In this document: positions 13,023 through 26,248 of the stretch, in pieces | Position numbering within the stretch: position 1 is the first letter of the stretch | How the letters are laid out: each line of letters opens with the position of its first letter | Position numbers and translations under genes: made by a program | Notes under the pieces: generated by a model | Told to the model about the DNA's origin: nothing | The model's database searches: none | What the model saw: the letters and a program-made list of their open reading frames with translations, nothing else | From: Phoronis australis | Taxonomy: Eukaryota; Animalia; Phoronida | Length of the DNA stretch: 64,000 bases | NCBI GenBank assembly: GCA_002633005.1 | Contig: NMRA01000163.1 | Coordinates: 32,071 to 96,070, forward strand | Direction: 5' to 3'

Positions 13023-15647
13023 CAGGTCTTGCTCAACACTCATTTGATGGTAGGTGTATTTGGCGGTTTTTTAAACAGTCAATTTAGAAAAATTATTTAA
13101 GTAGTGGTAGCACAGTCATTGAATCTATTAAGCAAATGAATCTCACGTCTCATACGGTCTTGTGTTTTTTAACAGTCAAACTATGCGGACTACGTGTATA
13201 ACAGTCTCTTATGAACACTCAATCATAAATGGCAATTCGAGTACCTGGCGATGATTCTCTAAAACTGAGAGTCGATATGAAGAACCACTTATGCTTTAAA
13301 TAAGGAAATGAACAATGCAATCAATATTATAGATAACATCAATGCATTTGTAGGAAATACAGGGCAAGATTTCGGGCTGAGGAACATTGTTCGAGATTGA
13401 GAGGTCCACCCAAATATTTTTAGATCCTTTCTGTGCCTTTAGTGGTATTGTAATACACCACAGAAAGGGGAATATCTATTCAAATAATCAGATTTAACCG
13501 AATATCGCCCGGAATTTGTAGCTTATGCTACTGTGTTTGCGTAACATCGTACCAATGAGCTGCCCTCCATTAGAACCAACCATTGTTAGGAAGAATTTGA
13601 ATATCAAAGTAGATAACTATACTGCACTGTATTTGCTGACAGCCTGTTGAGTTGACTACATGTTAGGAGTTGTTTTTATCAAATATCCGTGTCATTGGTG
13701 AAAAATTTCCACGATCGTTGAGGATTGAGTTTCGTCTCATTCAGGCCTATACAAACGACCGTCCTGAAGCCAATATTTGAGTGCTTTTGTAAGTGTATTT
13801 GTCTTGAAATTCATTTCCCGTCGGATTTGTCGACTATAGACTGAGTGACAAAAACATTAGACAGAATGAATAATTCATTGTTTCTGAGTAAAGGTTTCAA
13901 TGACTACACAGTCTTTCTCCTCACTTTTGTGTTACGTGAGAATGGATTCAGTACATGAATATGTGTTGGCAAACATAGGTTATGGCGTTAAGAGTCACCT
14001 AGCGCATCAAGCATCTAATAAATTTCTGGCGACTATGACCACAAAAATAAAATGTCTGGTCAAATACTTCAACAGTAGAGATTCGTTTATACAACTAATT
14101 TTCACCTTGCAAACAGTAACCGCAAGGTTACATGCATGTTCAAAGCGATTGCCATCAACCCGATGGTCAGCAATAACGAGTATCGAGATCGAGGGTGAGG
14201 ACAATATCGCAATTTCTGGTCCATCAAATCGGCGAATAAAAATGTACCAGTGGGAAAAATCATCAATCGGGCTTGACAGTTCATAATTCTGGAACTGACT
14301 TTATTCATTGACTGTGGCTCAACGTACATTATCTCTCAACTATCCGAACATTTTCAGTTTCTGTGAGCGATGTCTTGAGTCGCCGACAGGCGATCTCTTC
14401 CTCTCATGAGTTTGAAACATGACTTTGTGTCAAATCCCGACTTTTCAAAAACGTTTATTTGCTCACGTCATGCTTCTCAGATTTCGAATAATTGACACAC
14501 AGACATTCTTTCACCACAGTAGTTGATCATACGCTGATACATTTAAAAAGCCACCCGTAGTCAATGTATCTCTGCCAAAGGCTGCATTTTTAACTCTTTG
14601 TAACATAAGAGTTTACGTGAAAAAATTACCGTACTTACATTGAACGAAGATTAGATATCAAGTTTTACAGCGAGTGCGTTTGACAAGCAGCATTTCTCGC
14701 TTGCGACAACAGGGTGTTCCATAGAAACAGGGATCCAGGTAAAAACAGATATCCTGTAGTCGAAAACGTACTCTCGCACCTTAAAAACAGCTAACCAACC
14801 CGAAAAATACGAACCCCAACCTTTAAACCAGGAACCCCAGTATAGGCCGGGTGCACGCGCTACTGCAGCGTACTACTTGACGCCAAATTTGAAAATGTCT
14901 CTAGTCACGTGACAAGGTTACTTGCCCTGTAAACAAACGGGGCAAATTGCCATTGTCAAATTGCGGTATCTGACACATAAAGACGCGGAAGAGTGAGAGT
15001 TTTTTCAGAAACATAGAAAACATTGTTGTAGAACATACATGGGTTTTTAAAGAGTTATTCACTAGTTGGGGAAAATATCAAACTTTGAGATCGCAGCCAG
15101 TGGCATACATGTATGCTCGAATGCCTTGCGCGGCTGCATGCTTGTGAATACACAGCGAACGATTTGGTTTTCTTCAAGACAAACCAGTAAGATCGCGCAC
15201 AATTATCATTTACATTTAATTCGTTTCGACCGATGCAAATACAGTTTATCGAGGAGTTTACAGGGACGTGCCGCTCACTCGGGTAGTACGTACATGTACA
15301 TGTACTTTCGTGCCAGGTATAGGCCGGTGTAGCATTAAGTATTGACCCCGCAAAAATGACCTATGTGTCATTTTCTCACAATTGGAAAATGACCCTGGGT
15401 ATCTTTTTAATTTTAGAAATGACCTGGGTCGCTTTTCAATGTTGTCTATATTTAACGTGAACTATTGTGAAAAAGTAAGTTTAAAAAGCAAAGAGCACAG
15501 ATTTCCTTTTCTGTGCATCGGTCAGGATTGCCAGCGTATAAATATTTTTCTGTCACGCACCCTATTTCTCTCTCATGGATCTGAAGTCCCCCCTATCAAG
15601 CACCAGAACCACGTTTCAGCATATCGCAGTATCCCCACACCGTGTAC

Positions 15648-16138
15648 CAGGCCTTTATCCATGATTTTGAAAATAGGGTGTCCAAAATGGGGTTCCCAAT
15701 ATTCCAGGGTGTCCATGATTCCGACGCGTAACCCCCACCTCCAGCAATACCCCCAAACACTCAGATTTTGTTTTACAAAAATGCATAGATCAAGGTTTTT
15801 ACATCTATGTTTATAAAACGGCCTTCTATGGTGAGCATTTTTACTAAAAAAAAAACTGTGTGGACCAAGACTTTTACAATGCTGTCAATCAAGTGTCAAA
15901 ATAGCAACAATGCATGTGCTTTGTATGTACATTGTATATTTCTTCCTGCTTTGAAAAAAAGAGCCCCCACTGTGAGCCTTCAAAGTATTCATTACAATGT
16001 GTGAGTCCAAACTTGAAAGGTTCCTATTGACAGTGGGCGTCCAAATGATACATTGGGCGTCCTTGCCAGGGCTCCAGATTAGTGCTAGGGCGTCCAAATG
16101 GACGCCCAGGACGTACATGTACGCTGCATAAAGGCCTG
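15648..16138 (+). mobile_element. hAT-type MITE, 8-bp TSD CCGTGTAC
   Basis: TIR caggcctttat / ataaaggcctg; TSD at 15640-15647 and 16139-16146; single ccgtgtac at the empty site ~55291. Confidence 0.9.
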
Positions 16139-16770
16139 CCGTGTACTATTTGCCCACAAAGATATCCGTCCCGTTCCCACACTTGTTTTTTTAAAGCAGT
16201 ACGTATTTCAATAAAGAATATTATTATTGATTTGGGTGACTGGCGGATAACTTCGGGCATACAGATGTTGTTTTTCAGTGCAAGTGAAAACACCTGACTG
16301 TCATTAATACCACTTATGTACAATTAACAAACAGCACAATCACTGGATAACACCATGTGGTGGTCAATAACTATTTCTTAATTGATCTCATATGGGCTCA
16401 GACAACAACACTGAAGTGGAAACAACGCATGGTCGCACGGCTTAAACTATGGTGACAGATCCGAAAAAATTATAGGCAGAACCACAACACACCAAGGAGG
16501 AACCAAAAAAACCCATGACTCAATGGCAGGATAAAAAACTCAACTCTTTGGCAGCACTGCGAGCCCACAGATTTCCTGACTGATGCCGTAGGAATCTCAA
16601 TATTTTCCACCATTTTTGTGCTTTGTCCCACGTCACATTGACAACGCGAGCTCCATGTAACTGAGTTCAGCGCGCATGGTCTATGCGATATCTATGATGC
16701 AGCATTTCGCTCTGGAGACTACAAGGATATTCCATCGAAACAGGAACCCCGTGTGAAAACAGATGTCCTG

Positions 16771-17171
16771 GGCCCGTTCTCTAATCTTTGTACTCGAAAC
16801 GAACTCGAAACTATTTTTGGCAATTTTTCTGCTCCTTTTGTGCGAACTTAAGATAATTGGTTATCAGACTGTGCTCGAATACATTATAGTTTATGCAAAG
16901 GAGTTTCTAGTTCAAGTTTGCCCTTGAAGGCCCTTACATTCGTGCTACAAACTCGAGTAAAAACTCGAAATTTCGAGTTCAAACTCGAACTTATTGCTTT
17001 AATATTGGGTTTACAAACTGTGAACTAAGGGCAATAAATTATCTACGTAAGTTATTGTGTACTCGAGCATAGAATAATAGACACTTATCTTGAGTTCGCC
17101 CAAAAGTAGAGTAGAAAATACCGAACCTAATTTCGAGTTCCATTTAGAGTAAAAAGATTGGAGACCGGGCC
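16771..17171 (+). mobile_element. Harbinger-like MITE, second copy of the 12617 family
   Basis: Near-identical to 12617-13022; flanks ctg / cag; empty site gtcctggagtc at ~55916. Confidence 0.85.
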
Positions 17172-17290
17172 CAGGAGTCGAAAACGTACAGACAGTAATG
17201 TTATTTATTTTATTTATACTCATGACGTAAATGTTTCAGATATTTGCAGGGTAAAGGACTTGGAAATCACCCGATAGCTTACTAACCTAC

Positions 17291-17566
17291 CTTCGCTCCA
17301 CGTATATTGTTACCAGGAGAAGTCTTCAGGTGAGCGCTGTGACACTGGTGACAGTACTTGTTCTTGTTGACGTAAATAAAAGAAACACATCGTTTTTCAT
17401 TGCTACACAACAGGGAACACTCGCTAGGTGATCTCACTCTATTGTATTGGACTCCAGAACAGGTTATCGAAGACGTTGTTTCTTGAACATATTTCACGAA
17501 GACGTTTCCAGAAACCAACGACAAGAAGAATAGTAGTAAAGTCCCTGCATTCACTCGGCAAGACAT
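17291..17566 (-). CDS. Gene A exon 1: signal peptide + PAN/apple domain
   Basis: MSCRVNAGTLLLFFLSLVSG-NVFVKY...CSLLCSNEKRCVSFIYVNKNKYCHQC...GAK|gtaggt. Cx3Cx5CxSFxYx6C PAN pattern; 276 nt, phase 0. Confidence 0.88.
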
Positions 17567-17859
17567 TTTACTTTCAATACTGTATAACCTTGGTACTTTG
17601 TGCAATTCGCGATTACAATCAAGTTCCTGACTGTTGACTTTTTATGTAGAAAACGCACGTTGGTTGACGTGCTTGATAAACGTTAATTCGCGTCATACAT
17701 AATGTCTTGATGCACTATATGATATAAGTAAATTGAGAGGTTGTCCTTAACTGTTATACTGGCGAAAATGGCCAAGGGCGCCGTCGACCGTACCAATCAA
17801 TGTTGGCGTAAAAAAGTCAAGAGAGCTACGTCATCTGATAGCCCTTCATACTAACTCAG

Positions 17860-18560
17860 ACGAATGCAAATCAGTACACCAGGAAATACGTTAAGCCGTT
17901 TACCATCAAACCGTCATCGTAATACGATATTTATCAGTTTTCAAAGAGATTTCATTCAATTGTTTAATTAGAGGTGGCTTTTTAGAAACCCATGCTAATT
18001 TTCAGTGTGCGTATATTGACATCGTTGTCATTGAGGATTTGCAAAACGACGGTTGATCAGCTTGTATTTAAGACGTGCAAGGTTTCAAGTTTACTTGGTG
18101 TTAAACATAAGATTCCTTTCGATCTAAAATCCCATGTAGTGTTTACATTTGAAAGCAGTTGTTGTCAAGCAACATATATTGGTAAGACAACTCGCCACTT
18201 CGCTACAACTATGAAGGAACACCTAGTTAGCGATAAGAATTCACATATCTTTAGACACTTGGAAAACAATGCTGCTAGTAGAGAGGCCGCTGGGGAACAC
18301 AGCTTTAACATTATTGACAGCCATACTAATCGCAATTCCTTGAAATTCCTTGAAGCCATTCGCATTCAGTGGTCGGAAAGCCATCACTCAATGCTCAGGT
18401 TTCCCCATGAGTCGTTGACACTGTTGAACGGAGTGATTCGTTGCTGCTACCCAATCCTGTTCTGATTTTTTGCGTGTGGAGGTTTCTGCTGATTAGCCTG
18501 ATCGACGAGGCATCCACCATGGCAATGGTCGATGTTTCACAGCCGAAACATGTTGCTACA
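17860..18560 (+). mobile_element. Penelope-like retroelement 3' remnant (GIY-YIG endonuclease)
   Basis: KIPFDLKSHVVFTFESSCCQATYIGKTTRHFATTMKEH...SHIFRHL...LKFLEAIRI, then frameshifted KPSLNAQ. Confidence 0.85.
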
Positions 18561-21197
18561 TTTTAGAAAAGTCTTTAATAATAGGAAAAACATTTGGTAT
18601 TCTAAGTTAGCAAAGAAATGGTGACCTAAATCTACAAAGTTATTGAGTATAAGATTTTTCTCGGTCACAGTGGTGCAAAGTGCTTCCCCGCAATTTGAAC
18701 AGTTCGTGATTGTTACTGAGCGCGTTCTTTGTATAATCAATGCAAAGCTGGGCATGCCTGGTTATAATCAGGTCGTGTGGTCTGATAATCAATTTGACGA
18801 GAGACTCAGAATCGAGGATTTATTAATCACATCGCATGATCCAAATAAGAAGCTGTGCTGAGGTTACTCAAATCTTTCTTTGCAGTCGGTCAATTTTCCA
18901 TCACGTTTTGAGAACAGTGGTGAGACCTCCTGCCTAGGCATGGTTGTTACCTGTAATAGCTGGTAAATCGAAGTTGAAGTTACAGGAATTGTCGACCGTC
19001 AGATGCGAAAGAGATAGGAAGGATGAGTTTGCCATTTTGGTAACAGGTCAGTTACATGTACGTACATGTAAACCTAGTTAAACAATCCGATTTCTACAGC
19101 GCCTGGTGTGACAGACGTTGCCATATTTAGGGACCGTTCACAAAGATTGCTGTGGGCGAGCGTACGGCCTACGCTTTAGGGAAGAGGGAGTTGGGGAGTG
19201 CTGCTAGCGTGAAATGTTGACGTCATGATAACGCAGCGATACCACAGAACAACGTGCTTTTTACGAAATCAACAAAGAAATCATTAAAACTTTTATAAAT
19301 ATCTTTTTGGATAATGAAAACATGACAAAACAACCAATAACCAGAAATGCTACAAAGATTTAACCTGGCCGTTTAGATGTACGCTACTTTACGACGTATA
19401 AGAAAACTACAAACCCGTTGCACTCGCAAAAATGCAAGATCTCGCAAGTCCTCGCAAGTTATTGCACTTAATTGCTACCAAAGCACGACGTTATCGGCGA
19501 GATTCTCGCGATCACAGAAGTCATCCGCTGCTAACTGCTTTTCCACAAATCGAATTTGTCGTTCGATTCCAATTTTGCCTTCGACTTCGCCGGAAACTTC
19601 GCTCACGCAAGCCAAAAATAACACGTGTACAAGTATAGGTGTATGTGTTCACCGTCTGAAAGGTTGCGTGGGGGTAAAGATTTTTCTACCACTCAAGCTC
19701 AATCAGGATCATCTGGTTTTGGGCTGGTAATTGACCAGTAATGTAAATCAGTATGTGGCGCACGCGAAAAGTGGCAAATTGTTACCGAGTTGCGGTAAAA
19801 ATCGATTTCATGTAACAAATGCCAAGGCTGAGTCATTTTCTACAATATGTTGTACCAAACCATAAATTGGGTCTCCAATTTAGCACGACTGTAGAGTGAC
19901 GTACTACTGTATATATACTCAGATATTGCGCATTTCAGTTTTGTCATCGTTGGGCTTTTTTCTCCGTGATTTGCTTAGTAAGAAGAAATGGTGTACATGC
20001 CATTAACGGCACCCCTGAAAACACTGAACGCTTATCCTCTACATATATACATATGAAAGGATATGTAATTTAAAAAGCCGGTATTGAGCAGAAGTTTGTG
20101 GCTTTGCAAAAATAGCAGAACATTAGGACAAAGTCGCCATCTTGTTGCATAACCTCACTTAAGTACATGTACATGTAAGCCTTGTACGTTAATTCAGAGT
20201 GAAGTCTTCCAAACGTCTGACAAACTCCCGCTGTGAAGTACCACGTACGTACATGTAACACCGTGATGACAAGCGAAGTGGGACGGAAATCCAACTTGTT
20301 ACCAATATTATAAAATACCTAATGGTGTTATCACAAGGCTCCCTAGCTATCCACCAGATTTGCAATTTTTCCAATTTATATACGTTTAAAAAACACGGAA
20401 TAAACAGAGAACAAATGGCTCGAGCTATTATCCCTTGAAGGAGAGGTTTCATTGCACAAAGGCCGTGTCTTCTTGAATTAGATCAGATTAATAAAATTTA
20501 TCTTGAAAATATATACATCACGCATTTTCTAAAAAAAACACGTTTCTAAGGGCATTCGGATGGTCTATAGTGCAAAACCCTTCCCTATTCTAACAAAAAC
20601 GACCGGGCCAGTGCCTTCCAAGAATAAATACAACCCTAGTAGCTGACAGATGTCTGCTAAGGTTTATTTCTTCTACACATTTTGTTATGTCTTCCTTTGT
20701 GACTGCCCCTGACGCCGGCGATACGCCTATGCCGGTTGTTAAGTTCTCGCCCTGTCGCCCTGACGCCTGCTAATAAATGAGTGGACACGCCCCCCGCTTC
20801 CTGCGGTCCTACATTATTGGTGTGGCCTGATATGTTGAAAAATATTACAGAATAACTAGTGTATTGTGTTGAATTAAAATTTTGTGTCACTTTTACATGT
20901 ACATGTACATATATACATATAAAGCATCTTATAGGCTCTGCAGGACTTTGCGCCTACATGTGGGAACAGAATTAAAACACTCTGCTGTCACAAGCCCGTT
21001 GTCCCACCATAAAGTTGTAAAACAGTTTTCAGGAGACTTTCCTTGCTTATGTAAAGTGCTTTTACTGTTTATGTCCAAAACAGTGAAGACACTCCACTTT
21101 AGTTTATCCGTAAGAAGTAAATCTACTGTTTCTTTCCGCTTTGGTATGGAATTCCGATCTTCCAATAGGTCCTTGCAGTGCAGCAACGTGATAGTGA

Positions 21198-21425
21198 TTA
21201 ATTCTTTCTTATTCTCATTATAGATTTCTTAAGTAAAATTGCCTCCGTGCCTGTGTAATATTTCATGCAATCATGCTGGCTCGATTTTGGACAATTGCCG
21301 CCAGGAGGATACAAGTAGTTGATCCCAACCCACGCACAATTCTAATGCCACCATCCTCCAGATTTTATTGTTGCACAGTTTCCACTCGATGCATCGGTGT
21401 CTCTGTCTTTAGTTGTAAAAGGCTG
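21198..21425 (-). pseudogene. Truncated FReD exon-3 3' fragment (B/D type) with in-frame TAG
   Basis: Homologous to 22118-22345; reads GGWWH* (TAG at 21342-21344); homology ends abruptly at 21425. Confidence 0.85.
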
Positions 21426-22117
21426 TGTTTCAAGTCATTCACTATTTAGGCAACTGAGGGTTCAAATTGGAAGTTCGCGTCGTATGACGTCGTATGACGT
21501 CATATGACGTACGAGATGCAAGCCTCATTTGCATATATTAGTGACATCTGTTGGTTCAAAAAAGAGGATCGTGCCCGAGTACATGCCTGGGAAGAGGCAT
21601 CTTTTGGAATGGTAAACAAGTCATGTTCAAAGCATCCCAGTGCCATTAATATGGAGTCTTTGGGGACAAAAGTGGTGTCATTTTATAGCTAAAGAGTTAA
21701 GCTTTCAAACACAATGCTTGGATTCCAGACGACTTTAACATTTACTTTTGAAATCACTTTTGAAAACACGTTAAAATGCGCTAAGACAGTTGTCCCTTCC
21801 TGGTTATCTCTTCCTCATATAAAGCATCTGACAGACTCTGCAGGACTTTGCGCCTACATGTGGGAACAAAATTAAAACACTCTGCTGTCACAAGCCCGTT
21901 GTCCCAGCTTAAAGTTGTAAAACAGTTTTCAGGAGACTTGCCTTGCTTATGTACAGTGCTTTACTGTTTATGTCCAAAACAGTGAAGATACTCCACATTA
22001 GTTTATAAGTAAGAGCTAAATCTACTGTTTCTTTCCGCTTCGGTATGGAATTCTGATCTTCCAATAGGTCCTTGCAGTGCAAAGCGTTTACTGGTCACTG
22101 CAGTAACGTGATAGTGA

Positions 22118-22719
22118 TTAATTCTTTCTTATTCTCATTATAGATTTCTCAAGTAAAATTGACTTCGTGCCTGTGTAATATTTCATGCAATCCTCCAGGT
22201 GCGATTTTGGACAATTGCCGCCAGGGGGATAAAAGTAGTTGATCCCAACCCACGCACATTCCTTATGCCACCATCCTCCAGATTTTTTCGTTGCGCAGTT
22301 TCCACTCGATGCATCGTTGTCTCTGTCTTTAGTTGTAAAAGGCCGACCATCGATTTGCTCCATTGAAGACCCAGCCATCGTTACGTTAGCTGTTGAGATA
22401 CTAATTCTGTATTTATCTGACTCGTCTGCTATGTAAAACATATCGTGATTACGTGTTAGAACTTCGCCATTCCATCTAGTCATCTCATACTGTAACTTAT
22501 ATTGTCCTTGTCTAGTGATGTAGTGAATGTTGTCATTGCCGAGCCACATCTCTTCATTCAAAACACCAAATCCTTCCTTGTAGTCGGTCCATGGTCGATC
22601 GAAGCTGAGACTTCCGTTGGATCTTCGCTGAATGATCGTCCACCCGTCTTGGCAGTAAATGTGGAATTCTCTATGACATTCTTTCGGACGAATTAACAGA
22701 AACCCAGTGAAGTCAGGTG
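22118..22719 (-). CDS. Gene B exon 3: fibrinogen-related domain (300 aa total)
   Basis: Acceptor as in gene A; open frame ...CQDGWTIIQRRSNGS...WLGNDN...DRDND...GGWWHKECAW...MRIRKN*. Confidence 0.93.
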
Positions 22720-25700
22720 CTTAAATAAGATAAATGAAATTAAATTGCCTGAAAAACAAATAGAAATATTACATTGTATGTAATTACATGAACATTACAA
22801 AACGCAGATGAAAATAGATTAAGAGTACAGTGACTGCACCAGAACGTGTGTGATAAAATGGGAACACGGATTTTTAAGACACTGTATAACCTATTTGAAA
22901 AGCTAAGTGGAATTACTGGAATATTTTAGCTTGAAAAACTAGCGGCTACTAAAAAATTGGCCCTTGTTATTTGAAGGATAAGCTTCGATAGCTTATTGCA
23001 AATTTCAGACAAACACCAGTCCCAGAAATTCCGAAAACGAGTCCACCCAAAAACACGCCCATGGGACTGTTTTTAGAATTTTTCCAAACCTATGCTCATG
23101 AGCTTATTTTCGGTAACTGTTCGCATAGTTTGAAAATTTGACGGGATGTTCTAAAATACGTATGTACTGTAATATGTTTTTATGTAAAGTTTTGATCATT
23201 TTGGCAAGCCATCGTATTTCGGGACTGGGTCGCGATTTTACTTAAATGACTATCATGTAACGAGATAATGGGTGACTTTCTTGGTAATTAACTGCATTAC
23301 ATGTACCACAATATCAAAGACTGTTTCTACGGCATAGTTTCCAAACATAAGTCCTCTGTTTCTGAAAACACGCCTGGGAGTATACTTGACTTCATTTGAC
23401 GTTTGTGAGATATCGTTTTCCAGATATCCGCCCATGGCCCTATTTTCGGAAATTTCTGGTAAAAATTACTTATACATGTTATTCCTACTATGAATCTTCT
23501 TACATTGATTTAGTCATGATACTAATAATCAATCGAAATTTGATAGCAAGTTCGTCATTTGAAACAGGTTTTGCCTTTGCTCTTCAGGGTCCTTTTAATG
23601 AAACATTTAGTAATTCAACCAATCACTACATGGTTGTACAGCAATGTGAAATCGAGTCAAGTACGTCAAACGAATTAAGAGCATTATCGAGCCCTATAAA
23701 ATCTAGCTGCTAGGCAAAAAAGAAGACCGCCTCAGGATTAAATTTATAATTGTAAATGTTTTTTTCCAGATTGTGGTAATCACTTACTTCACGTAAAAAT
23801 GAGTGAAAATTGGGCTTTTTAGCGTTTTGCAGTCTGTGCCTATGTAAGTGAAATTTTACTAAGCAAACAATTAAATTTACAAATTCTACAGGCTGGATTT
23901 CCAAACAAGGCGGTAGACATATTGAACTGCAGAGGAAATCGCACTGATTTATCATCCAAAACTTTTGAACAAGTGCGCATTCCCAATACAAATGTAAAAT
24001 TGTTTCTTCGTGTTGCTCACAGAAAGAACATAAAGACGATTCACTAACATCTATTTTCTTTTAATAAGAGTTTGTACCAATAAGTCTGTGATTGATACGG
24101 AATTGAAACCATCTGAGTCTGACATCGGAAGTACAATGATAAATTACAGAATGAACTTTTTCGAAGACTTACATGTAGTATCATCGCATAAGTTAATTTC
24201 TCTCTCCCACTTCAATTGAGGGGTTGTTGGACTGGGAATATAGCTACATTTGAGCACATTTGTACGGATGGCCTACATGTACATCCCACAGAAAAAAATC
24301 ATATCAAATTTGAGAGAAGAATCCTTGTTGTATCAATTTGTGAACAGATTTACGACCATCGTAACCTGTGCACCCCGGGGCCACCCACTTGACATAACTA
24401 CTGTCCCCTAATGCCTGCTGGTCGGCAGATGATGCATTGACCGTAAATTTTCTCAGTAAAATAACTAAAATTACCAGATAATTAGTTGGAAAATAAAATT
24501 AAAATAGAATGATCCCTTGTATGTCAATCTTGCGCTGGTTAGAAAACCAAACCAATTTTTATCGTGAATCCAACGTTTTGAAGTTTTTCCTGCAAAAACA
24601 CACAGAGTTTTCTGTCAGAACATCAAATTTTCTACGTTATCTCTTGCAAGACAGGGGACTCTGGAAAAATATAGTTTTGCATTCGCAAAATTGACTAATT
24701 GAATTTAAAAATCCTGTAAATTAATTCGCTCCACAAAACCTTCGCTCTAAAAATTTCTCGACTTTTCGATGTATGTGTATGAATGATTACGTCCACGTTT
24801 TCCGATTCGTTTAGACGGCCTGTGCTGCAAAAGCGGAGACCCAAACATCAACGTCCTGGCCATGGTCCTTAAAATGTGAACCATGCACTGATGCAGAATT
24901 GATAAATGTTCTCTTGAATTTTCTCTTATCAGTATTTCGCAGTCTTTCTTTTCTCGATTGTCCGCCGCCACGCGCCTAAATCAGTTGCCACGGTTTAAGC
25001 CTAAAGCTTCAAATTTGTTCTGAGGGCATCTGCTCCCTCCACCCCAGCTTCCTATGGCCCTGTAATGGGTGTTTAGAAGCGTTTGCCGAGATGGTTAATT
25101 GAATTGTTCTGTACATGATTAGACGTCTTGAGTGAATAGAAAAAGAGAGAGATTGCTTTCCCAGGTGTTTTCCTCCGCATGACAGGTATAGGGGCAACAT
25201 TTTCAAAAGCCAGATCAACACACGTTGACCATGGAAAGCGGATACCCAAGACAATACCAGATTCCTGTCTCGTATTCATCCAAAAGGTACCAAGAAGCCG
25301 AAGTGCTGATCAGATACGATAAATGACATAGCACAATGTCGACCAGAGTTGGCAGCACGCCCCCATCAAACCTTCCTAACATGATAGCAAAATCCCGGGT
25401 TAGTAGTCTTTTTGTGAATTTATTTCTTTTTAAATATGCTGTCAACGACCCAGTTAACAAACCACGTTTTTCATAAAAACGGTACGTCAGCTGTGAAATA
25501 CATGGCTTTTAAATTGTGTATTGCTGTATTTTGTTGACACGTTACTCTCACAACGTAATTGTTGCGTAACTGCTTTGACAATAACATTTGTCTAAAACAC
25601 AAAGAAAATGTTAATAAACGTGTCCTTTCTTTCGAAATGAATGTTGTCAATTTCAATTTCATAATGTTCACAAATATCCCTTAATTCAGATAGTTTTCAT

Positions 25701-26223
25701 AACAATATAATTGCAGGCGGTCTGGTACACGTTGTACCAGACGTGCGCAGGCCGCCCATGTGGGCCCGTTGCACTGGTCGCGTGGATCTCTTTTTAAGCT
25801 TTATTAATATGCAGTTAAAATCGAGCTGATGAGCTAGAAACCTGACTCAAGGCTCTGGCAGTGTGGCCCAGTAGGACACAAACCCAAGACCTCCTGTAAA
25901 GAAAGCGGGCACCTAATACACTAGGCCACACCGCCTCCTCTCATCTAGTTTTGGCTTTCTAAGAGAACTTTCGTTAGCCAAATTACAGCATGATATGATG
26001 ACGAGATGTGGTCGTTTCAGCGTAGGCACATAGTTGTCTTAACGTTAACGGGGTCTTCCTCATCGGTGTCTTGCAGGTTGATAATGCAATTTGCTTTGAT
26101 GTTTGCCACACACCTGATGAATCTCAGAGAGTCATCTGCAGTTTTTATTTTGGGATACAACCTCATAGGATATTACAAGCCCCTTTGACTCGGTCGCGGT
26201 GGCTACCGTGGCAACATACTCAC

Positions 26224-26248
26224 CAGGGTCGGAACAGTCTCTGTGGAC
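26224..26248 (-). CDS. Gene B exon 2: 25-nt microexon VHRDCSDP
   Basis: Identical to the gene A microexon, with cag / gtgagt splice sites. Confidence 0.9.

Larger units (their letters stand above)
873..21425 (+). repeat. Segmental duplication, copy 1 (paired with ~35238-61218)
   Basis: Collinear homology from gaattaccg (873 vs 35238) through gene A/C, the Penelope remnant and the FReD 3' flank. Roughly 90-95% identity by eye, with copy-specific insertions and deletions. Confidence 0.9.

Noticed and set aside
13900-14286. 128-aa ORF also present at 47366
   Set aside because: Frameshifted in the duplicate and no motif recognised.
17567-17605. Longer N-termini given by the ORF track (17605, 34416, 56359) and internal 'MNEEMW' starts
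   Set aside because: These use non-ATG starts. The ATG before the signal peptide and the splice acceptors explain the genes better.
17640-17652. TATA-like CATAAAAAG upstream of gene A/C, and AATAAA near 7685
   Set aside because: Too common in AT-rich DNA to support without transcript ends.
19377-19730. 117-aa basic ORF duplicated at 59159
   Set aside because: Interrupted by a MITE in copy 2; no domain or splice support.
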